A DNA stretch of 64,000 bases from an uncultured Gemmatimonadota bacterium (GTDB taxonomy: Bacteria; GCA-2686955), in NCBI GenBank assembly GCA_964490075.1, contig CAZBBK010000010.1, positions 1 to 64,000 on the forward strand. Reading direction: 5' to 3'. The stretch's first letter is position 1; every line of letters begins with the position of its first letter. A program made the translations under genes and the position numbers. The notes below the pieces were generated by a model, which saw only the letters and a program-made list of their open reading frames with translations, did no database searches and was not told the DNA's origin. Shown here in pieces: positions 49,784 through 58,978 of this stretch.

Positions 49784-50500
49784 ATGCAGACCCAAGATCT
49801 CCAGACCGCGACCGACCAACTCCACCAGCTCTTCTCCGAGATGTCCCGGCAGGGAGGCGAGGGATGCTCGCCCACATCTCCCCAGATGGCCCGACTCCAC
49901 GAGCTGCTCTTCGACGGCCCCCGCTCGCCGGTGGCGGCGATGGTGCGCAAGTACTTGAGCCGCTGCGAGGGCTATCGCCGCCTGCTGCAGTCGACGACCG
50001 ACGAGACCGACCTGCTGAACGATGTCTTCATCGCCCTGGTGCGGACTCTGGAGGCGGGCCAGTACCGCGGCGCCGAGGCTCGGCCCTTCGCCTTCGTCAA
50101 GACCATCGCGACCCGACTGATCCGCCAGCAGGCGCTGCGCGGCCGGACACGCGCGATCCACACCGCACGCGGCTCCGCGGACGACGAATGCGACCCGATT
50201 CAGCGGGTCGCCGACGACACCACCGAGAACCCGGAGCAGGCCTTCGACCGGGACCAGATCGCGGCATGGGTAGCCCGTCTCGGCGCCCGCCTGAGCGAAG
50301 CCGAGCGCTGGATGCTCCGGGCCCGCTACGCGGAGCGTTGCAGCCACGAGCAGATCGCGGCGCGGCTCGGCAAGCCCTCCGCTGGTGCCTCGAGGATCGG
50401 CCTGCTGCGGGTCCACCGGCGCATCGAGCGGATGATCCAGGAGATGCCGGGTTGCGAAGGGACCCTGCGCGGTGCCATGGCCCGCCTGGCCGCGGCCTGA
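49784..50500 (+). CDS. ECF-type sigma-70 factor (divergent)
   Basis: Region 2 'DETDLLNDVFIAL...PFAFVKTIATRLIRQ'; region 4 'LSEAERWMLRARY..CSHEQIAARLG...R..L.R'. Confidence 0.75.
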   Translation: MQTQDLQTATDQLHQLFSEMSRQGGEGCSPTSPQMARLHELLFDGPRSPVAAMVRKYLSRCEGYRRLLQSTTDETDLLNDVFIALVRTLEAGQYRGAEARPFAFVKTIATRLIRQQALRGRTRAIHTARGSADDECDPIQRVADDTTENPEQAFDRDQIAAWVARLGARLSEAERWMLRARYAERCSHEQIAARLGKPSAGASRIGLLRVHRRIERMIQEMPGCEGTLRGAMARLAAA

Positions 50501-50596
50501 TCAGGGCGGTGGCTTCATGCGCGCCGGGAAGATGACGATCTCCGGGTATACTGGCCGGCCGATCCACCGGCCGCCCCTTTCCCCGCAGGTTCGCGC

Positions 50597-52552
50597 ATGC
50601 CCGCCAAACAACGCATCTCCCTGGCCGCCGCCCCCGGCCTGGCCTTCTTCGCCGGCGCGCTCCTGGGCGGTGCCGAGGCGTTGCTCTACCTGATCCGCTA
50701 CCCGGGTCTCAGGCCGATGGCGGGGGCCCAGCTCGCGGTCTCGGCCGCCGCCGTCGGGTTGGCGTTCATGCTCGGCTCGCTGCTGCCGCTGCTGCTGGCT
50801 CGTCTGGCCGCCGCGAAGGGGCGCGAGCGACGCGATCCGCGCTGGCAGCTCGGCGCCGCGCTTGCGCTGCTGGTCGCGGGCGGCGCGGGCGTGATGCTGC
50901 TGGCCACCTTCCGCGGCACCCTGGTGTTCCGCCATCTGCCCGGCGGCGACGCGGGGCGGCTGCTGGCGCAGCTCGTGATCGTTGCCCTTTCGCTCTTGGT
51001 GGCCGCCTGGCTCACGCCGCGGCTTCAGCGGCGCCTGGCCCGCGAGCGCGGCATGCTGGCGCGCCTGGCGGGTCGCGGCCGGATGCTGCTGGGCGGCGCC
51101 GCGGCGCTGCCGCTGGTGGCAGCCGCCATCGTCGCCCTCTTCGGTCGTGCCGAGCGCGCGGCGCCGGCGCCCAGCGCCGATGCTCCCAACCTGATCCTGA
51201 TCTCGATCGACACCCTGCGCGCCGACCACCTGGGCTGCTACGGCTACCAGCGTCCCACCAGTCCCAACATCGACCGCTTGGCCGCCGCGGGCGTGCTCTT
51301 CGATTGCGCGACCACCACCTGGCCCTCCTCCGCCCCCGGGCACGCGTCGATGCTCACCGGACTCTACCCCCCGACCCACGGCGTGATGGGCAACGGTTAC
51401 CGCCTCTCTCCGGTGGTGCCGACCCTCACCGGCGCGGCCCGCGCGGCCGGCCTGCGCACCGCCGGCTTCATCAACAATCCCTGGCTCTCCTACACCCTCG
51501 GATTCTCCCGCGACTTCGAGACATATTTCGATGCGGAGCGGCTGGAGGTCGCCGCCGAGGCCTGGGTCGAGCTGCTGCTCCAAAATGTGTCGCTTTATCG
51601 ATTGGTGCTGGGCATCGGTCCCGGCGAGCGCCAGCCGGCGACCCGCCTCGCCACGCGCTGGATGGAGCGCCACCGCGACGAACGTTTCTTCCTCTTTTTG
51701 CACCTGCTCGATCCGCACCAGCCCTATCGGCCGGATCCCGCCTTCAAGGACCGTTTCCTCGCCGAAGCCGGGCTCCCCGACCCCGGCGACACCCGCACCT
51801 ACATGGGTACCGCACGCAAGTCCGGGCGCGGCGGCATGGGGCGCAACACCGGCGAGACCGTGCCGATGAGCGCTGAGCTCGAGGATGCGGTGGTGGCCCG
51901 TTACGACGAGTGCGTGCTCAACGCCGATGCCCGGATCGGCGAGTTCTTGGCGGCGCTCGAGCGTCTCGGCCTGAGCGAGCGCAGCGTGGTGCTGCTGACC
52001 TCCGACCACGGCGAGAACATGGCCGCCAACGCCCCGCGCTTCCACCACGAGGGACTCTACGAGTCGTCGTTGCACGTCCCCTTCATCTTGCGCGGTCCCG
52101 GCGTCGAGGCGGCCGCCGCGCGGCGTGGCGACGCGGTCAGCCTGGTCGACATCGTGCCGACTCTGGCCGACCTGGGCGGGCTGATCACGCCGCCGCTGCA
52201 GGCCGGGGTGTCGCTGGTCGCCGCCGACCTCGATCTCTCCGGTCGCGGGGTGCTGGCGATCGAAGGGGTGGAGGGACCAGAGCAGCACCGCGCGCTCTCG
52301 ACCGCCGAGTGGAAGCTGGTGCAGGGGGACGAGATCGGTCGCCGCCTGGTGGCGATCGAGCGCGGCGCCGGCAGGCACCGGAGCGAAGGCGATCTCGCGG
52401 ACGCCTGGCCGCAGCTCACGGACAGCCTCGAAGCATGGCTGGCGCGCGACTACGCCTCTTCACTCGAAGACGCCTACCCCTCCGAGGAGGGCACCGGCGA
52501 GCTCGACGCCGAGCGCATCGAGCAGCTCAAAGCGCTCGGCTACCTGAACTAG
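50597..52552 (+). CDS. Membrane-anchored sulfatase-like hydrolase/transferase
   Basis: Several TM segments; 'PNLILISIDTLRADH', 'SSAPGHASMLTG', 'DPH.PY', 'TSDHGE', 'HVP', 'DIVPT', C-terminal 'LKALGYLN'. Confidence 0.9.
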   Translation: MPAKQRISLAAAPGLAFFAGALLGGAEALLYLIRYPGLRPMAGAQLAVSAAAVGLAFMLGSLLPLLLARLAAAKGRERRDPRWQLGAALALLVAGGAGVMLLATFRGTLVFRHLPGGDAGRLLAQLVIVALSLLVAAWLTPRLQRRLARERGMLARLAGRGRMLLGGAAALPLVAAAIVALFGRAERAAPAPSADAPNLILISIDTLRADHLGCYGYQRPTSPNIDRLAAAGVLFDCATTTWPSSAPGHASMLTGLYPPTHGVMGNGYRLSPVVPTLTGAARAAGLRTAGFINNPWLSYTLGFSRDFETYFDAERLEVAAEAWVELLLQNVSLYRLVLGIGPGERQPATRLATRWMERHRDERFFLFLHLLDPHQPYRPDPAFKDRFLAEAGLPDPGDTRTYMGTARKSGRGGMGRNTGETVPMSAELEDAVVARYDECVLNADARIGEFLAALERLGLSERSVVLLTSDHGENMAANAPRFHHEGLYESSLHVPFILRGPGVEAAAARRGDAVSLVDIVPTLADLGGLITPPLQAGVSLVAADLDLSGRGVLAIEGVEGPEQHRALSTAEWKLVQGDEIGRRLVAIERGAGRHRSEGDLADAWPQLTDSLEAWLARDYASSLEDAYPSEEGTGELDAERIEQLKALGYLN

Positions 52553-52762
52553 CTCTGCTTCGGTGGCTTCGTCGACATCCCGCCCTCCGAGCGCAGCCCG
52601 TCGACCGTGCGCGCGAAGCTCTCGATCAAGGCGTCTAGCTTGCTAGGCATTCGGCCAGATCTCCTCGACGCCGCGAAGTGCGACGCGACGAAACTCGGGG
52701 CTGACGCGGGCGAAGTCGACCAGATCGGCCGCCAGCGCGGGCCACGCGACCCGAAAGCGCAT
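52549..52762 (-). pseudogene. Probable relic of an MNT (nucleotidyltransferase)-HEPN toxin-antitoxin pair
   Basis: Minus-strand mini-ORFs 52762-52643 (..DLVDFARVSPEFRRVALRGVEEIWPNA) and overlapping 52650-52549 (MPSKLDALIESFARTVDGL..) resemble an MNT C-terminus and a HEPN N-terminal helix. Confidence 0.35.
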
Positions 52763-52853
52763 TGGCGTCGTAGCTCGCCGCTCTCGATCGAGATCGAGGA
52801 GTTGTGAGGGGAATGACGCTGGCGAGTGAGCCCGTCTCGCCCCCAGCCTCGCC

Positions 52854-54995
52854 CTACTTCACATACCCCAGGCTGCGCAGCTGATCTCTGATCGCATCGT
52901 CGATCTCCCCGCCGGAGGAGCGCTCGGCGGCGTCCGCTTGGTACGACTCCACCGGCTCGGGCAGCGGAATCGCGACACCCTCGGCGCCGGTCGGCAAGAG
53001 CGCATCGGGCACCACGCCAGGCAGATCGTAGGCTCCCGGCAGTCCGAGATGGGCGAGCACCAGGGGCACGACGTCGACCTGCTCCAGGGGTGGGCCGAGG
53101 GGGGGGTCGGCGGTGCCGCGCGGCGGCACGGTGGGCCCGGCGAGCAGGTAGATGCCGTCCTCGTGGTGGATCCCGGCGGTGGGCGAGAGCAGATGCGGGC
53201 CCGCCTGCCCGCCGTGGTCGGAGACCACCACGATCAGCGTGGAGTCGGCGGCGTGGGCCACCAGCCGTCCCAGCCAGCGATCGACGCTCTGGTAGGCGCG
53301 GTCGATCGCTCCGCCGAACTCGCGCACCTCGGCCGCCGAGGGGGCGTGGACCCGGTACGGCTCCGGCTGGGCGTACTGCGGGTAGAGCTCAGGGATGCGC
53401 GCGAAGAGCTCCGGCTCGCGGAACTTCCAGAAGGGGTGCTGGGTGCGGTCGGTGAGCGTGAAGATGTGGACGAAGGCATCCCAGGGCGCGCGCGCGAGCA
53501 GCGACTCGGCGATCGCGCTGCGGTCGGCGCCGAGCTGCTCCTGGTGCTCCTCGAGGGAGCGCAGGGCGGAGGGCTCGTAGAAGACGCGCCAGCCGGTCCC
53601 TTCCGCCACGTAGGGCCGGCCCGTGGTCTGCAGCGCGCCGGCCAGCCCAGGCGGCCAGGAGAGGCCCGGGGCGTCGTCGCGGAAGAGCGCGGTGAAGAAG
53701 ACCGAAAGCTCGCCCCCGCCGATTCGCGCCGCGTGGGCGCGCAACAGGCAACGCTGGCCCTCGGCGTCGACCGCGAGCCAGGGGCTCCACTCCCCCGCGG
53801 CGAGGCGGCAGAGGGTCGATCCGGCCGAACGGAGCTCCAGTCCCGGGGCGCCCTCGGTCTCGACCGTGCGCAGCTCCAGGTCGCCGTAGCTGCGTCCGCA
53901 CGAGCGCCGCGCCAGCTCCAGCGCCAGCGGCTCGTTGAAGCGCCGCAGCAGCAGGTAGGGGGTGGTCTTCTCGAGCGCGAAGGGGCTCGGCAGGTCGACC
54001 AGCGAGCAACGATGGGCGCCCTCCCCGCTCTCTTCGAGCTCGACCGCCACCGGTCCCAGAGGGTCGATAGGCCCGGTGGTGGTGGCCAGCCAACCGCGAT
54101 TGGAGCGCGATCCCTGGGGCATCGGGAAGCCGGCCAGCATGCCCGCGGCCAGGCGGTCGGCCGGGAACGATCCCGGCACGTTCTCCACGAAGCAGGCGAC
54201 GCCCTGGGCGCTCAGGATTCCCCACAGCGGCAGCACCCGGCGGTTGGTCGAGATCGCCACCTCCCAGTCGCTGATCCCGTGCACCTCGGGCGGCTGGCCG
54301 GTCATGATGGTGGTCCAGACCACCGGCGACGCCGACTGTACGGAGGAAGCGAGCACCCCGCGCCGCCCGCGCGCCACCAGGGCCGCGAGGTGGGGCATGC
54401 GTCCCGCTGCGAGCAGGGGATCGATGGTCTCCCAGCGGCCGCCGTCGATGCCGATCAGCATGAGCCTTCGCCCGCCCGCTCCGCCCGCGTCTTCGATCGG
54501 CAGGGGCTGAGCCCGCGCCGACCAGATTTCCACCGCCGCCGGAGGCCGGCGGCTGGTGCTGACCACCGCCACCGCCACCAGCGCGGCGGCCGCCAGCCAG
54601 GCCGCCGCCCGCCCCAGGGAGTCACGGATGAGGCGCGACACGGCTCTGCCGAGCGCCTCTCCCACCACCCGGGCCAGCGCCGCCATCGCCACCACGATCA
54701 ACGCCGTCACCAGCAGGCTGCGCGGCTCCAGGGCGTCGGGTAGCCAGCGGTGGTTGACCTGGATCAGGGCGATTGCGGCGAGGGCGAGCAGGACCAGGCG
54801 CGGTGTCATGCGCCGCGCTCCGCCGCGCCCCAGGATCAGCGCGCCGAGCCCCCCGGCGGCGGCGCCGAGCGCCCACGCCAGCACCGGCGCCGTCGACAGA
54901 CTCGACCAGGTCCCGTCGACCAGCGCCACGAGGAGCGAATCCACGACCAGGAGCCAGGCGCCGATGGCCGCGCCCATGACCAGACAGAGGAGCAT
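52854..54995 (-). CDS. Membrane-anchored alkaline-phosphatase-superfamily protein
   Basis: TM segments; 'IGIDGG', 'ASPVVWTTIMTG', 'TDRTQH.FW', 'VSDHG', 'GIH..DGI', 'DVVP', C-terminal 'LRSLGYVK'. Confidence 0.83.
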   Translation of the reverse strand: MLLCLVMGAAIGAWLLVVDSLLVALVDGTWSSLSTAPVLAWALGAAAGGLGALILGRGGARRMTPRLVLLALAAIALIQVNHRWLPDALEPRSLLVTALIVVAMAALARVVGEALGRAVSRLIRDSLGRAAAWLAAAALVAVAVVSTSRRPPAAVEIWSARAQPLPIEDAGGAGGRRLMLIGIDGGRWETIDPLLAAGRMPHLAALVARGRRGVLASSVQSASPVVWTTIMTGQPPEVHGISDWEVAISTNRRVLPLWGILSAQGVACFVENVPGSFPADRLAAGMLAGFPMPQGSRSNRGWLATTTGPIDPLGPVAVELEESGEGAHRCSLVDLPSPFALEKTTPYLLLRRFNEPLALELARRSCGRSYGDLELRTVETEGAPGLELRSAGSTLCRLAAGEWSPWLAVDAEGQRCLLRAHAARIGGGELSVFFTALFRDDAPGLSWPPGLAGALQTTGRPYVAEGTGWRVFYEPSALRSLEEHQEQLGADRSAIAESLLARAPWDAFVHIFTLTDRTQHPFWKFREPELFARIPELYPQYAQPEPYRVHAPSAAEVREFGGAIDRAYQSVDRWLGRLVAHAADSTLIVVVSDHGGQAGPHLLSPTAGIHHEDGIYLLAGPTVPPRGTADPPLGPPLEQVDVVPLVLAHLGLPGAYDLPGVVPDALLPTGAEGVAIPLPEPVESYQADAAERSSGGEIDDAIRDQLRSLGYVK

Positions 54996-55088
54996 TTTCG
55001 GGTTCTCCGGCGGAGTTTCGTTCTCTACATCGGCAGCTCGACAGGGCGCAGCATATCCGCATCCTCCGCGCCGGCGCGCACGCCGTCC

Positions 55089-55094
55089 TACAAT
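55089..55094 (+). promoter_or_regulatory. -10 hexamer positioned for a leaderless transcript
   Basis: TACAAT ends 7 nt before ATG55102; no Shine-Dalgarno in between. Confidence 0.45.
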
Positions 55095-55101
55095 CGCCCC
55101 C

Positions 55102-55803
55102 ATGCTGATCTCGGCCGTCATCCCGGTGCTCGACGAAGCGGATCGAATCGCGGCGTCCCTGGCCGAATTGAGCGAGCAGAACGGGGCGTGGGAGACGATC
55201 GTGGTCGACGGCGGCAGCGACGATGCCACCTTCGAGCTGGCCGAAGGGGCCGGCGCCGACCGGGTGCTGCGGGCCCCCAGGGGGCGCGGGCCGCAGATGA
55301 ACGCGGGAGCGCGGGCCGCGCGCGGCGAGCTGCTGCTCTTCCTGCACGCCGACGTGAGCCTGCCGGCGGATGCCCACCGCATCATCCGCGACACCCTGGC
55401 TCCCGGCCGCGACGGGGCCGAGCCGATCGCCGGCTGCTTCCGCACCCGGACGGTCGCCGAGCGCCCCTGGCCGGCCCCGGCGCGGGCGCTGCTGCGCCTG
55501 GCCGATCTGCGCTCGCGCAGCACCGCGCTGCCCTATGGAGACCAGGCGCTCTTCCTGCGCTCGCGCACCTTCCGGAGCGCCGGTGGCTTCGCCGATCTGC
55601 CGCTGATGGAAGATCTGGAGCTGGCGCGCAGGCTGAGCCGCATGGGCGAGATCCGCTGCGCGCGCGCGAGCGTACGGGTCTCGGCGCGCCGCTTCCAGGC
55701 AGCCCCGGTGCGCGCGGTGCTGGCGATGCGCACCTTCCCCCTGGCCTTCCGCCTGGGGGTCTCCCCCTGGTTCCTGCAGCGCCTCTACGGGCAGTGCCGG
55801 TAG
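55102..55803 (+). CDS. GT2 glycosyltransferase, TIGR04283-like
   Basis: 'ISAVIPVLDE', 'VVDGGS.D', 'GR..QMN.GA', 'LFLHAD', 'PYGDQ.LF', 'PLMED', 'SARR'. Confidence 0.88.
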   Translation: MLISAVIPVLDEADRIAASLAELSEQNGAWETIVVDGGSDDATFELAEGAGADRVLRAPRGRGPQMNAGARAARGELLLFLHADVSLPADAHRIIRDTLAPGRDGAEPIAGCFRTRTVAERPWPAPARALLRLADLRSRSTALPYGDQALFLRSRTFRSAGGFADLPLMEDLELARRLSRMGEIRCARASVRVSARRFQAAPVRAVLAMRTFPLAFRLGVSPWFLQRLYGQCR

Positions 55804-55810
55804 CGGCTCC

Positions 55811-56053
55811 TCAGCAGGTGACGTCGCTGAGCTTGAGGTTCAGCTCGCGCAGATAGGGGAGCAGGCCCTTGCGGGTGACCGTGCGCAGGGCGCGGGCCGA
55901 GAGACGGATGCGGACGAAGCGCCCCAGCTCGGGCACGTAGATGCGCTTGCGCTGGAGATTGGGAAGCTGGCGGCGGCGCGTCTTGTTGTGCGCGTGGGAG
56001 ACGTTGTTGCCCGCCAGGGGGCGCTTTCCGGTGAGCTTGCAGACGCGAGCCAT
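55811..56053 (-). CDS. rpmB: 50S ribosomal protein L28
   Basis: 'MARVCKLTGKRPLAGNNVSHAHNKTRRRQLPNLQ'. Confidence 0.97.
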   Translation of the reverse strand: MARVCKLTGKRPLAGNNVSHAHNKTRRRQLPNLQRKRIYVPELGRFVRIRLSARALRTVTRKGLLPYLRELNLKLSDVTC

Positions 56054-56110
56054 CGGTCTCTCCTGACTCGAGCGCCTCCGACCCGTCGAAAGAGGGCCGA
56101 AGGACCGATT

Positions 56111-56143
56111 GAAAAGGGCCCGGAAAAGGTCCGAGCCCTCTTC
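56111..56143 (-). terminator. Hairpin with short U-tract 3' of the tRNA
   Basis: Minus strand GAAGAGGGCTCGGA-cctt-TTCCGGGCCCTTTTC; imperfect stem; between tRNA and rpmB. Confidence 0.5.
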
Positions 56144-56149
56144 GGCAGT

Positions 56150-56226
<77 letters not shown>

Positions 56227-56239
56227 GTGAAGTTCGGTG

Positions 56240-56268
56240 ACTATGCCCGAGGGGGGGTGCGCTGTCAA
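56240..56268 (-). promoter_or_regulatory. Sigma-70 promoter of the tRNA-fMet gene
   Basis: Minus strand TTGACA (56268-56263), 17-nt spacer, CATAGT (56245-56240), 13 nt before the tRNA. Confidence 0.7.
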
Positions 56269-56344
56269 CCGATATTCGGGCGGCAATCGGGGTCGCGGTC
56301 GAGTCGCCGGGATCATGGGCTAGAGAGCGTCTTCGCGCAGAGGG

Positions 56345-56590
56345 ATGATCGTGCTTCAACTCCGATGGTGACCCCCTGATCGACTCAACACGGTGCTCAT
56401 TCTCGACGAGGAGGCAGCCCACAGAGCCGCGGAGATTCGTGTGGAGCTGGAATCGAGAGGGGAAGGCATCGGCATGGCCGACTATCTGATAGCGGCGATC
56501 TGCCTGCAGCACTCCGCCCCTCTCATGACGCGCAACGTCAGACGCTTCGGCCGCGTGGCCGAGCTCCGCCTCGACACGCCGGGCGACTGA
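56345..56590 (+). pseudogene. Truncated and frameshifted VapC-type PIN toxin
   Basis: PIN C-terminal half 'AAEIR..L...G..IG.ADYLIAAICL.....MTRN.R.F.RV..L'; broken N-terminus 'MIVL..SD..LID' from ATG56345. Confidence 0.7.
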
Positions 56591-56623
56591 CGCGAGGCGA
56601 TTCGCCGCCCCCTTCCGCGCCCC

Positions 56624-57004
56624 TCAAGGCCCGCGCAGCCCGTCCTCCGTCGCCGCCCCGGGCACATCCTCGAAACGAAACACGATCGCCCCCGGCGTGG
56701 TGAACTGGTGCTTCTCGCGCGCCACTTGCTCCTGCGCCAATGCGTCGTTGCGCACCTGCTCGATCCAGTCGTCCAGTCGCTCCACCCGGGCCTGCGCCAG
56801 GTGCACCTGCTCGCTGCGCTGCTCCACCTGCTCGTCGAGGTGCATCAACCGCAAGAGCCCGTTGCGCCCGCCGACCAGCTGCACCGCCAGGTAGCCCCAG
56901 ACCAGCATCAGTCCCAGCACCGCCAGACGCCGCCGGCTGCGGAACACCGGGGGGGTTTCGGGGCGACTGTAGCGCTGACCGTCGACGATCACCGGTCGCG
57001 GCAT
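56624..57004 (-). CDS. ftsB: Septum formation initiator FtsB/DivIC family
   Basis: Single TM, 'G..G', coiled coil, 'E.VARE......PG'; classic position downstream of eno. Confidence 0.75.
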   Translation of the reverse strand: MPRPVIVDGQRYSRPETPPVFRSRRRLAVLGLMLVWGYLAVQLVGGRNGLLRLMHLDEQVEQRSEQVHLAQARVERLDDWIEQVRNDALAQEQVAREKHQFTTPGAIVFRFEDVPGAATEDGLRGP

Positions 57005-57027
57005 TTCGCGTTCCTTTGCCTCTGGGC

Positions 57028-58889
<1,862 letters not shown>

Positions 58890-58978
58890 ACTGCCCGCCG
58901 CAGCCGTCATTGCCGCTCGGGCTGCTTCCTTGAGAAGGTCGGGGAATCCAAACTCGCCTTCGAAGGAGCCCAGCAAGC

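Noticed and set aside
52607-52807. 66-aa plus-strand ORF between the convergent sulfatase-like genes
   Set aside because: No RBS or recognisable motif; the minus-strand relic explains the region better
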